Source of the DNA: Kiritimatiellota bacterium
Lineage (GTDB): Bacteria > Verrucomicrobiota > Kiritimatiellia > RFP12 > UBA1067
Direction of reading: 5' to 3'
NCBI GenBank assembly: GCA_009778475.1
Contig: WRJS01000001.1
Coordinates: 11,413-75,412, forward strand
DNA length: 64,000 nucleotides
The translations under genes were made by a program, and so were the position numbers. Position 1 is the first letter of the stretch, and each line of letters opens with the position of its first letter. Below, in pieces: positions 15,886-25,138 of this stretch. The notes beneath the pieces were generated by a model. That model was not told the origin of the DNA and did no database searches. It saw only the letters and a list, made by a program, of their open reading frames with translations.

Positions 15886-18800
15886 ATGAGCAGATGGTTT
15901 GTTGCGGCGCTGGTGGCGCTGGCTGTGGGTGTGGCGGCGGTGGCGGCGCCGAATGTGTTGATCAATCTGGACGCGGGGGATTTCGTCTCGGTGCTGAATG
16001 ACGGGGATGTCGTCCCGGCGTGGGCGAACAATGGGACGCTGGGCGGGGATTTCATGCCGGTGGCGACGGGGGCGGGGACGACGTTCAGCGCGGGCATCGA
16101 TGGCGTCCCGGCGGTGTCGTTCGCGCGTGGGGTCGATTCGGTGATGACGAATTGGGTCTCGCCGAATGTGATCTGCGGGGCGAAGCCGTGGGCGTTCGAG
16201 GTGTGGGTCTATAAGACGGCGACGTATAATGGGTCGGAGGATGTGTTCACGTGGACGGCGCGTGAGGCGTGGCCGTTGACGGGTAATGAAGGCTCTTGCG
16301 TGGAGTTCCGTTATGGCTCGGACGTGGCGAATGCGGTGGAGCGTTACGGGAGCGGCAACAACCTGCGCTGGAATGGCCTGAACGGGTCGCACACGATCCC
16401 GGCGCTGGGGCAGTGGCATCATGTGGCGGCGACGCGCGGGACGGATGGCATTGAGCGGTTGTACCTTGACGGGGAGATGCGTGACGCGCGGACGCCGAAG
16501 GCGGTGGTGCGTGATGACGTGGGTTTCTTCACGCTGGCGGCGACGCCGCGCAAGGACAACGGCAGTTGGGATATGACGTTCGGCGGGGCGATCGCGCGTC
16601 TGCGGATTTATGACGGGCCGCTGTCGTTCTCGGAGGTCATCGCGAATTACACGGCGGAGTATCTGGAGTTCTTCGGGACGACGCCGCCCGTGAGCATCGG
16701 GAATGACCGTTATTGGGATGGCCCGGTGGGGTCGTGGGCGCCGTGGGGCCCGGCGGGGAACTGGTTCATGGGCCTGACGCCTGTGGACGGCAACAATATT
16801 TACATCGATAACGGGGGCAAGGCGGCGGGGCTTTCCGGCACGAATGTGTTCTCGCAGTTCTTCGGGTACAACGGGGCGCTCGAGATGACGGACGGGCTGC
16901 TGATGGTGACGAACCCGGCGGTCAGCCTGCGTATCTTTGATTTCGATTTGAAGGGCGGCACGTTCCACCTCACGGGGAACGCGAACCGTCACCTGTACAT
17001 CGGGCAGGACAATGGCCCGGGGCGCGTGACCGTCGGCGGGACGTCGGAGCCGGCGTGGCTGCGCGCGGATGAGGCGATTCAGGTCGGCAAGGGGGCCGCG
17101 GGCATCGGGTATCTGGAGGTGCTGGCGAACGGGCTGGTGACGACCTCGAACAACAATTTCTTCGTGACGGCGGAGGGCGCGACGGGCGAAGTGGTCGTGA
17201 ACGGCGGCACGATCCGTTGCGAGCGCAACCGCCTGACGGCGGGCCACGGCGGCGGCGCGCAGTCGAAGATACGGCTGAACAGCGGGCTTGTGGAGATGCC
17301 GGGCGAGTTGTATATGTCGGACAGCGCGAACGCGAGCAATGTGTCGGAGATTTTCATGAACGGCGGCCTGCTCTGGCTCCAGCGGTTCAGCATGAACACG
17401 ACGGGTACGGGTACGAACATCGTCTATCTCAACGGCGGCACGATTCGCAACCGCGACACGCGCGGGGACTTCATGCAGAGCCTCACGGCGGCGTATGTGC
17501 AATCTGGCGGCGCGGTGTTCGACATCATCGCCGGTACGACGATCGACATCAACCAGCCGCTGCTCGAGTATCCTTCGGACGTGGGCGGCGGGCTGGTGAA
17601 GCTCGGCGGGGGGACGCTGGCGTTGCGTGGCGTGAACACCTTCACGGGCGACATCACGGTGAGCGACGGGACGCTGCTCTTGCGTAACGCGAACGCGCTG
17701 CCGGGCGGCTACAGCGGGAACATCCTGCTGGAGAACGGCGGGGGCATCGGGTGGGACGTCGCGGGCGGCGCGACCGCGCTGCTGGCGTTGCTGGACACGG
17801 ACTCCGTCGGCACGCTCTACCTGTTCGGCGCGAGCATGGGCGAGTCGATCGACCTCTCGAACCACCCGGGCGTCGCGCTCGGGATGTACTCGACGGGCGG
17901 CACGGAATACACGGGGACGTTCACGCCGCCGATCAGCAACGTCTACCGCTTCACGGTCGCCAGCGGCGAGAACCGCTTCCGCCCGCAGATCACCGGCACC
18001 GCGAGCGTCATCATCGAGGCCGCCTCCGCCCCGACGGGCGAGATGCGCTTCTACGGCGACAACAATTACACGGGCGGCACCACCATCAACGGCGGCCGTT
18101 TCGGCGTGTATCACGCCAACGCGCTCGGCACTTACCAGTCGGGCGTGAAGGACATCCGCATCAACAACGGCGCGGGGCTGCTCATCGACGTGAACATCGG
18201 CCAGCAGGGCGTTGACCAAATCATCAGCCGCATCCACCCAGACTCGCGCGGCGCGATTTTGATCCGCGACGCGGTCAGGAACTACGACTACGACTTCACC
18301 GGCCTGCCCGGCATCTCGCTGGGTTCGGACAACGGCCGCGACTTCTTCGGCACGCTCACGCCCGACCCGTCCGTGGGCTACCACGTCGGCGGCGGCGGGC
18401 AGGGCGCGACCACGGGCGGCATCCGCATCCGCGATTTCACGGGCGCGTTCCCCGTCGTCGTGGACTACCCCGGCACGGCGGAGCTCACCACCAACAACAC
18501 CTTCACGGGCGGCATCATCGTGACGAACGGCGCGGGCATCTTCATCCGCGACGGCACGTCGCTCGGCGCGGACCCGCTCGCCCCCGTGGCGGACTGGCTC
18601 TTCTTCGACAACGGACTCCTGCGCCCGTCCCCGCAGGTGTTCCCGGCCGTCACCGGTCCCAACCACGGCATGACCGTCGGCGACGGCGGCCTGACCATCT
18701 ACCCCGAGGGCGACAGGTTCTTCGCGTGGCGCGGCGACCTGCACGGCACGGGCGCGATCACGAACAACGACAACGGCATCATCATCTTCGGCGGCGCGAA

Positions 18801-21800
18801 CAACACGTGGACGGGGACGCTCTCGCTGAACAACAATAACGACAACGGCACGTTCGCCGTCGGCTTCGGCAACGAGTTCAGTTGGGTCAAGACCAACGTC
18901 ATCCAAGGCACGGCCAACGGCGGGATGTTCGGCGTGGCGACGGATCTGGACATCACGTGGAGCGACAAGTTCGAGCACCCGCTGGGCAACGTACCCGTGC
19001 AGTACAACGCGCCGGACGGGGTGGCCTCGCGCGTGGGCCTGCGCAAACTCGGCACCGGCACGCTCACGCTCAACGTGCCCAACACCTACACCCGCGAGAC
19101 GCAGGTGGAGCACGGCATCCTGAAGATGGGCACGGCGAACGCCATCCCGTGGGGCGGCGGCAAGTCCAGCCTCAACGTGAAGGGCGGCCTCTTCTACCCC
19201 GGCGGGACGCTCGACCTCAACGGCTTCGACACGAGCGTGAACGGCCTCAAGGGCGCGGGGACAATCATCGATGCGTCCGGCGCGGGCAAGACGCTGACCG
19301 TCGGCAACGCCAACGCCAACGAGACCTACTACGGCATCTCCCTGCCCCCCGCGAAAATCGCCAAGACCGGCGGCGGCGCGCAGACGTTCATGAAGGGCGC
19401 GGACATCAGCGACCTCATCGTGAACCAAGGGGCGGTGCAGGCGGGCGCGGAGACCTCCTTCGGGAGCGTCACGCTGGCCGCGGCCAACACGGCCTTCAAC
19501 CTCGGCCGCATCTCCACCATCACGGAGACCAACGGCCTGACGGGCGAGTATTACTGGTTCAACTACCTGACGATGACGACGCTGGTCAACCCCGCCATAC
19601 TGATCGACCTCGACGTGTTCAACAACTTCCTCGAGCCGTACGCGCCGTACTGGGTCGAATCGAGCGTCACCTTCGGCGAGGGCTTCGACCCCGGCGACAC
19701 CGGCCAGCGTTTCCAGAACGGCTTCAACAACCGCGCATGGCACTACAGCCGCTGGACGGGCGAGTTCTACGCCGAGGCCGACGGCGACTACATCTTCACC
19801 ACCATGTCCGACGACGGCAGTGCCATCTACATCGACCGCCAGCCCGCCGTCACCAACAGTTTCCTCCAAGGCTACGAAGGTAGCAAGCGTAGCGGCGAGC
19901 CGATGCACCTCGCGCAGGGCTGGCACGACATCGTCATCGGCTACTATCAGGGCGACGGCGGCCGCGGCATGACCGTGTTCTTCACCCCGCCCGACGGCGA
20001 GGAGACCATCCTCCCGCAACGCCTCCTGCGCCCGTACCCCGTGACCGTCGGCGCGCTCGCGGGCGTGGCCGGAAGCCGCGTGACCATCCCCGGCAACATG
20101 GCCCTCCGCGCCGCCGTGGACACCGTGAGCGTGTTCAGCGGGTCGCTCGCCGTGGACTCGCCCGACGCGCGCCTCATCAAGGAAGGCACGGGCGACCTCA
20201 TCCTCGCGGGGCAGGCCACGCCCGAGTTCTTCGGCCAACTCGTCATCAACGACGGCCGCCTCGGCCTGCAAGGCGCCAACCCGTTCCCCGCCCCTGTGAC
20301 CGTCCCCGCCAGTGACGGTGCGCTGGCCGTGTTCGCGGAACGCACCGACATTCCCAGCCGCGGCCTGAAAGGCACTTACTACGCGGGCTATGACGGCAAC
20401 TTCAACCCTTTGACGATCACCGGCGGCACCGCCACCACTGGCGTCATTGCCCACTTCCAGAACCTCCAGCCGCTCTACGCCGCCTACACGGTGCAGACGG
20501 GGCTGCTGGCCGTGGCCGACGCGCCGACCCTCTGGTACGACAACGGGCTGTACTTCCCCGGCCCCTACTCCAGGGAATACGGCGACGGGAAAGACAAGGA
20601 GCAACTCCGCGTCTGGTTCACGGGCCGCTTCCTCGCGCTCGAGCCGGGTGAATACATCTTCGGGATGCAGAGCGACGACCGCGCGAATATGTTCATCGAC
20701 GGCGTGAGGGTTGTCGCGGAAACCACCTCCGGCCAACCCATCAAATCATCCGAGCCTATCTATCTGGAGGCCGGCACGCACGATATGCAGATCGCCTACG
20801 GGCAGGCCGGCGGTCAGCTGTGGTTGCGGGCGTTCCTGACCGTCCCCGGCGACCTCCAGCGGAATATGCCTAACGAGTTGCTGCGCCCCATCGTGTCGCA
20901 GGTGTACGGCGTGAACGGCGACGGCGAACTGACCCTCCCCGATGACGGCTCTTTCCTGCGCCTCGAGATCGAGACCGCGCAGACCTTCGACGGCGAAATC
21001 AACGGCGCACCCGGCGCGGAGATTGAGAAGAACGGCACGGAGGCCTTCACCCTCGCGGGTGACAACGACGCGTTCGGCGGGACATGGTATGTGATGAAGG
21101 GGACGCTCATCGCAGGCGACGGCGCAACCTCCGGCACGCTCGGCGGCCGCCGCGTCCACGTCGCGGCCGGTGCGCGGCTCGTGTTCAACCGCGCCGACGA
21201 CATCGTGTACGACGGCGAGGTCACGGGCGGCGGCGAGATCTGCTCCATCGGCGGCGGGCGCGTCACGTTCAGCAACTTCGGCAGCGGCTTCACGGGCATC
21301 CTCACGCAGGGCGACATCGTCATCGGCGGCGAGGGCAGCGTGCTGTCCCCCGCCAACTTCCCCCCTGCGGCGGAAGGCCTCGACCTGCGCGTGTGGCTCA
21401 CCGACGGCGTGACCTTCAACGTCCCGCCCGGCTCCGACCCCAACATGGCGCTGGCCCCGCTGGTGCTTTCGGACGTGACCGTCACGCTCCCCCACACCAG
21501 CACGGACTTCTATATCGAGTCCCTCGCCATCGAGGCGGGCAAGACCGCGCACTTCGGCGTCAACTCCGCCAGCGGACTCTTCGGGCGTTACTACGACATC
21601 GAAGGGTTCGTCCAGAACGACATCAACGCCGCCTTCAAGACGCTCTCGGGAGGCGAGGCATATCTGGAGAACTTCCCGCCCCTCGGCAAATTCTCGTCGT
21701 GGGAGGCGGGCGACAACCTCGACTTCGCCGAGAACGGCTCCGGCTTCCCAGAGGTCGCAAGAACCCATACTGTCCCCGGTGTGACGGAGGTGGGTGTTTA

Positions 21801-22530
21801 TTTCGGCGCGATCTGGAAAGGCAAGATCAACATCACCGAGCCGGGCGAATACTCCTTCATCACCCGCAGCGACGACGGCACCACGCTCTTCATCAACGGC
21901 AACCTGCTCATCGACAATGTCGGCAGCCACGCGATGGGCAACGTCACAAACGAGGTCGTGCTTGCGGCCGGCACGCACGACTTCGCCCTCCTCTACCAGC
22001 AGGGCGGCGGCGGGTACGGGCTGAGGGTCTATGTCAAGGCCCCCGGCGCGAGCGACTACGAGTTCCTGCCCAACGCCATGCTCATCGCCGACCCGCTCGA
22101 CATGGTTGGCGTGGACGTGAGCGGCCTCCCGACGGGCGCGGCGCTCTCAGGCATGGCCTTCACGCTGGAGGTCGGCACCCTCGGCGTGATCAACGGCCCC
22201 GGCACCGGAACGCTCGACGTCACCGGCCTGCCCGGCACCCCGCAGAGCGGCACGCTGAAACTGAACAACCTCCACATCGAGTCCCCCGGCGCGGTCATCG
22301 CCGCCGTCGGCGACACGGTTGTCGCTGGCGCGACCCTGCACGTGGAGATGGGCGCAGAACCGCCCCTCAACGCCCGCACGCTCATCGGCGACTTCACGCA
22401 GACCCTCCACGGCCTGCCGCTCGCGAACATCTCCATGACCCTCGACGGCGCCCCCAAGGCAAGCCTCGACTACCGCAACAGCAACCTCTACGTCGTCACG
22501 CCCGGCGGCACAGTGCTGATCCTGCGGTAG
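15886..22530 (+). CDS. Giant secreted surface protein (~2214 aa): LamG-like N-domain, autotransporter-associated beta-strand (PATR) repeats and three PA14 domains
   Basis: Signal peptide MSRWFVAALVALAVGVAAVAA. Repeated LxKxGxGTLxLxGxNTYTGxTxVxxGxL modules. Three PA14-like blocks (GEYIFTTMSDDGSAIYIDRQP...GWHDIVIGYYQGDGG; GEYIFGMQSDDRANMFIDGV; GEYSFITRSDDGTTLFINGNLLIDNVGSH). Confidence 0.8.
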   Translation: MSRWFVAALVALAVGVAAVAAPNVLINLDAGDFVSVLNDGDVVPAWANNGTLGGDFMPVATGAGTTFSAGIDGVPAVSFARGVDSVMTNWVSPNVICGAKPWAFEVWVYKTATYNGSEDVFTWTAREAWPLTGNEGSCVEFRYGSDVANAVERYGSGNNLRWNGLNGSHTIPALGQWHHVAATRGTDGIERLYLDGEMRDARTPKAVVRDDVGFFTLAATPRKDNGSWDMTFGGAIARLRIYDGPLSFSEVIANYTAEYLEFFGTTPPVSIGNDRYWDGPVGSWAPWGPAGNWFMGLTPVDGNNIYIDNGGKAAGLSGTNVFSQFFGYNGALEMTDGLLMVTNPAVSLRIFDFDLKGGTFHLTGNANRHLYIGQDNGPGRVTVGGTSEPAWLRADEAIQVGKGAAGIGYLEVLANGLVTTSNNNFFVTAEGATGEVVVNGGTIRCERNRLTAGHGGGAQSKIRLNSGLVEMPGELYMSDSANASNVSEIFMNGGLLWLQRFSMNTTGTGTNIVYLNGGTIRNRDTRGDFMQSLTAAYVQSGGAVFDIIAGTTIDINQPLLEYPSDVGGGLVKLGGGTLALRGVNTFTGDITVSDGTLLLRNANALPGGYSGNILLENGGGIGWDVAGGATALLALLDTDSVGTLYLFGASMGESIDLSNHPGVALGMYSTGGTEYTGTFTPPISNVYRFTVASGENRFRPQITGTASVIIEAASAPTGEMRFYGDNNYTGGTTINGGRFGVYHANALGTYQSGVKDIRINNGAGLLIDVNIGQQGVDQIISRIHPDSRGAILIRDAVRNYDYDFTGLPGISLGSDNGRDFFGTLTPDPSVGYHVGGGGQGATTGGIRIRDFTGAFPVVVDYPGTAELTTNNTFTGGIIVTNGAGIFIRDGTSLGADPLAPVADWLFFDNGLLRPSPQVFPAVTGPNHGMTVGDGGLTIYPEGDRFFAWRGDLHGTGAITNNDNGIIIFGGANNTWTGTLSLNNNNDNGTFAVGFGNEFSWVKTNVIQGTANGGMFGVATDLDITWSDKFEHPLGNVPVQYNAPDGVASRVGLRKLGTGTLTLNVPNTYTRETQVEHGILKMGTANAIPWGGGKSSLNVKGGLFYPGGTLDLNGFDTSVNGLKGAGTIIDASGAGKTLTVGNANANETYYGISLPPAKIAKTGGGAQTFMKGADISDLIVNQGAVQAGAETSFGSVTLAAANTAFNLGRISTITETNGLTGEYYWFNYLTMTTLVNPAILIDLDVFNNFLEPYAPYWVESSVTFGEGFDPGDTGQRFQNGFNNRAWHYSRWTGEFYAEADGDYIFTTMSDDGSAIYIDRQPAVTNSFLQGYEGSKRSGEPMHLAQGWHDIVIGYYQGDGGRGMTVFFTPPDGEETILPQRLLRPYPVTVGALAGVAGSRVTIPGNMALRAAVDTVSVFSGSLAVDSPDARLIKEGTGDLILAGQATPEFFGQLVINDGRLGLQGANPFPAPVTVPASDGALAVFAERTDIPSRGLKGTYYAGYDGNFNPLTITGGTATTGVIAHFQNLQPLYAAYTVQTGLLAVADAPTLWYDNGLYFPGPYSREYGDGKDKEQLRVWFTGRFLALEPGEYIFGMQSDDRANMFIDGVRVVAETTSGQPIKSSEPIYLEAGTHDMQIAYGQAGGQLWLRAFLTVPGDLQRNMPNELLRPIVSQVYGVNGDGELTLPDDGSFLRLEIETAQTFDGEINGAPGAEIEKNGTEAFTLAGDNDAFGGTWYVMKGTLIAGDGATSGTLGGRRVHVAAGARLVFNRADDIVYDGEVTGGGEICSIGGGRVTFSNFGSGFTGILTQGDIVIGGEGSVLSPANFPPAAEGLDLRVWLTDGVTFNVPPGSDPNMALAPLVLSDVTVTLPHTSTDFYIESLAIEAGKTAHFGVNSASGLFGRYYDIEGFVQNDINAAFKTLSGGEAYLENFPPLGKFSSWEAGDNLDFAENGSGFPEVARTHTVPGVTEVGVYFGAIWKGKINITEPGEYSFITRSDDGTTLFINGNLLIDNVGSHAMGNVTNEVVLAAGTHDFALLYQQGGGGYGLRVYVKAPGASDYEFLPNAMLIADPLDMVGVDVSGLPTGAALSGMAFTLEVGTLGVINGPGTGTLDVTGLPGTPQSGTLKLNNLHIESPGAVIAAVGDTVVAGATLHVEMGAEPPLNARTLIGDFTQTLHGLPLANISMTLDGAPKASLDYRNSNLYVVTPGGTVLILR

Positions 22531-22704
22531 TGTCCTGTAAAATACAGATGACGGAGTAGGGGATTGCCCCGTTTGGATGGCGTGATATGGATGGCGTGAT
22601 ATGATATGGAGGGCGAGCGTCCTCGCGAGCCGTTAGACACATTGCGGCTTCCTGCCCCATTGGCCGCACGCCGTGCCAATGGGGACCCCTGCCTCGCCCT
22701 CCAT
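22531..22704. repeat. Family A REP-like element (gtgtcctgtaaaatacagat head; atggagggcgagcgtcctcgcgagccgttagacacattgcgg ... ctcgccctccat)
   Basis: Same core as 4531-4557 and 28142-28204. Internal direct repeat gatggcgtgatat x2. Sits between convergent genes. Confidence 0.5.
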
Positions 22705-22736
22705 CCTAACACACAAGCCCCACGGGATTCCTCACA

Positions 22737-24020
22737 CTAGCGTTCGCGGATGCGGCGGGTGGTGCGCATGGCGCAGAAGGCCTTCCCGCACATGGAGCAG
22801 TGGTCGTCGGTGGGGTCGCCGTGGCAGGCGCGGGTCTTGAGCCAGCGGGCGCGGGCGCGGGCGGGGTCGATGGCAAGCTCGAACTGCCGTTCCCAGTCGA
22901 ACGCCGCACGGGCGCGTGAGATGGCGTCGTCGCGGTCGCGCGCGCCGGGCAGGCCGCGGGCGACGTCACCCGCGTGTGCGGCGATCTTGTAGGCGACCAT
23001 GCCCTGATGCACCTCCTCCGCGTCGGGCAGGCCGAGGTGTTCGGCGGGCGTGACGTAGCAGAGCAATGACGCGCCGTGACACGCGGCCGCCGTCGCGCCG
23101 ATGCAGGAGGTGATGTGGTCGTAGCCGGGCGCGATGTCGGTGACGACGGGCCCCAGCACATAGAACGGCGCACCGTCGCAGATTTCCTGCTGGCGTTCCA
23201 TGTTCATCTGAATCTGGTTGAACGGGACGTGGCCGGGGCCTTCGACCATCACCTGCACACCGCGCGCGCGGCAACGCCGCACAAGCTCGCCCAGCACGTC
23301 TAGCTCCGCGAACTGCGCGGTGTCGCTTGCATCGGCGAGGCAACCGGGGCGCAGGCCGTCGCCGAGCGAGACGGTCACATCGTGTTGCGCGAGGATGTCC
23401 ATCACCTCGTCCCAGCGCGTGTAGAGGGGGTTCTCGGCGTTGTTCCGCGCCATCCACTCCGCCATGATCGCGCCGCCCCGGCTGACGATGCCCATAACGC
23501 GCCCCATCGCCATATCCACGTGCGCGCGCAGGAGGCCCGCATGGAGGGTCATGAAGTCAACGCCCTGCTCGGCCTGCTCGCGGATGACCTGCAACAGCAG
23601 GTCGGGGTTCATCTCCGGCACGTCGCCGTCGAGGCGCGAGACGGTCTCGTAAACAGGCACTGTGCCGAGCGGCACGGGCGAGGCGTCGAGCATCCCTTGG
23701 CGGATGGCGCACACGTCCGCGCCGACGCTCAAATCCATGACGAAGTCCGCGCCCGCGTCCAGCGCAACGCGCAGCTTCTCCAGCTCGTCGCCCTTGCCCG
23801 AGCGCGTCGGCGAACGCCCGAGGTTGGCGTTCACTTTCGTGGCGAACAGCCGCCCCACGCCGACGGGGCGCGCATGGGCGTGGGCAGGGTTCAGCGGGAT
23901 GACGGCACGGCCGCTCGCAATGGCCTCACGCACTTGCGCGGCGTCCACACGCTCGTCGACGGCCACGCGGCGCATGGCTTCGGTGATGGTTCCGTTCTGG
24001 GCGGCTTGCAGTTGGGTCAT
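22737..24020 (-). CDS. thiC: Phosphomethylpyrimidine synthase ThiC
   Basis: Full-length ThiC fold; C-terminal CSMCGKAFCAM Fe-S motif; 427 aa. Confidence 0.92.
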   Translation of the reverse strand: MTQLQAAQNGTITEAMRRVAVDERVDAAQVREAIASGRAVIPLNPAHAHARPVGVGRLFATKVNANLGRSPTRSGKGDELEKLRVALDAGADFVMDLSVGADVCAIRQGMLDASPVPLGTVPVYETVSRLDGDVPEMNPDLLLQVIREQAEQGVDFMTLHAGLLRAHVDMAMGRVMGIVSRGGAIMAEWMARNNAENPLYTRWDEVMDILAQHDVTVSLGDGLRPGCLADASDTAQFAELDVLGELVRRCRARGVQVMVEGPGHVPFNQIQMNMERQQEICDGAPFYVLGPVVTDIAPGYDHITSCIGATAAACHGASLLCYVTPAEHLGLPDAEEVHQGMVAYKIAAHAGDVARGLPGARDRDDAISRARAAFDWERQFELAIDPARARARWLKTRACHGDPTDDHCSMCGKAFCAMRTTRRIRER

Positions 24021-24140
24021 AAAAATCTCCTTTTTTTTACACAGAGTTTCACAGAGGAGTCACAGAGGCACACAGAGTTTTTTAATAAATTTCTCTGTGC
24101 TCCTCTGTGTGTTCTCTGTGGTTCTCTGTGTAACATTTAT
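24021..24140. repeat. Imperfect ~40-bp-arm palindrome built of CACAGAG heptamers around an AT-rich centre (between rlmB-like and thiC)
   Basis: acacagagtttcacagaggagtcacagaggcacacagag - ttttttaataaattt - ctctgtgctcctctgtgtgttctctgtggttctctgtgt. Confidence 0.5.
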
Positions 24141-24983
24141 TCATCCATTTAAGTTGGCTGCTTTTAGCTGCCCTGACGCGATGCGCTGGCGGACGGCCTC
24201 GAAGAGGAGGATGGTCGTGGCGGCGGCGACGTTGAGGGAGTCCGCAAGGCCGAACATGGGGATGCGTACGCGCAGGTCGGCGGCGTTCATCCATGCGTCG
24301 GTGAGGCCGTATTGCTCCGCGCCGACGACGATGGCGGTGTTGCCCGTGAGCGTCACATCGGTGTGGAGCTTGTCCGTGTGCGGCGTGGCGGCGAGGATGC
24401 TGAACCCGCGCTCGCGCAGGAACGCGATGGCGGCGTCGCTGCCCGCCTCGACCACGGGGACGGAGAAGAGCGTGCCTGTCGATGCGCGGACGACGTTGGG
24501 GTTGTGGATGTCCGTGCAGCGGTCGCAGACGATGACGGCGTGGACGCCCGCCGCGTCGGCGGAGCGCAGGATGGTGCCGAGGTTGCCGGGCTTCTCGATG
24601 GTCTCCGCGACGACGACCAGCGCGTGTTCGGGCAGCGTCAAATCGGCGAGCGTGCGGCTGAGGTGCGGGCCGACCATGAGCAGGCCCTCGGGGCGTTCGC
24701 GGTAGGCCATCTTCTCGAACACGGGCGCGGTGCAGGAATAGAGCTCCGCGCCGTGCGCTTCGCAGAGGCGGACGATCTCCGGCTCGTTGAGGTTTTTAAG
24801 GTAGAGCTCCTCGCAGAAGAAAAGCATCTGCGGCGCATAGCCGTTGTCCAGCGCGCGCTTGCACTCGCGGTAGCCCTCGACGAGCATCTGTCCCGCCTCG
24901 TCGCGGTGCGAGCGCTGGCGGAGCTTCACGACGTGCTTCACCTTCGGGTTCGCGAGCGACGTGATGGGAAAGGGGGGTGGCAT
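24141..24983 (-). CDS. TrmH/SpoU family RNA 2'-O-methyltransferase (RlmB-like)
   Basis: SPOUT motifs (ETIEKPGNLGTILRSADAAGVHAVIV; VVGAEQYGL; SLNVAAATTILLFE). Start chosen at MPPPFP (AAGAGG RBS), because the first 11 codons of the ORF lie inside a repeat element. Confidence 0.75.
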   Translation of the reverse strand: MPPPFPITSLANPKVKHVVKLRQRSHRDEAGQMLVEGYRECKRALDNGYAPQMLFFCEELYLKNLNEPEIVRLCEAHGAELYSCTAPVFEKMAYRERPEGLLMVGPHLSRTLADLTLPEHALVVVAETIEKPGNLGTILRSADAAGVHAVIVCDRCTDIHNPNVVRASTGTLFSVPVVEAGSDAAIAFLRERGFSILAATPHTDKLHTDVTLTGNTAIVVGAEQYGLTDAWMNAADLRVRIPMFGLADSLNVAAATTILLFEAVRQRIASGQLKAANLNG

Positions 24984-25008
24984 GGTGAACCTCTTGTTGA
25001 ATCTCTTT

Positions 25009-25107
25009 AACCACAATGGACACTATAGAATACACAATGGACACTATTTCCAAGATAGCGTGTCATTGCTATTGTGTCTATTGTGAAACCCATTGTGTCC
25101 ATTGTGG
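25009..25107. repeat. Family B interspersed element copy 3 (inverted repeat on ccacaatggacac)
   Basis: ccacaatggacactatagaatacacaatggacactatt ... attgtgtctattgtgaaacccattgtgtccattgtgg. Confidence 0.5.
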
Positions 25108-25138
25108 TAAAAAATCTCCAACAATGATGTCTAGCGCC

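Noticed and set aside
15838-20736. 1632-aa minus-strand ORF and similar long antisense/off-frame ORFs (2098-3099, 3041-3901, 6435-8303, 9506-11959, 10096-12093, 20746-21978, 21084-22559, 28085-30058, 28104-30638, 31467-33392, 34082-34996, 35007-37328 upstream part, 39030-40892, 39307-40494, 42746-44779, 49041-51107, 52749-55280, 55721-57349, 55723-57393, 62473-63561)
   Set aside because: These have the Arg/Gly/Ala/Pro-rich composition typical of non-coding frames in >60% GC DNA. Each overlaps a well-supported gene on the other strand or frame, and none has RBS or domain support.
22737-24140. Expected TPP riboswitch upstream of thiC
   Set aside because: No CUGAGA / GGGG…ACCUGAUCUGGAUAAUGCCAGCG-like aptamer elements were found on the minus strand in the 120-bp leader. 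A CACAGAG palindrome is there instead. Needs confirmation by covariance model.
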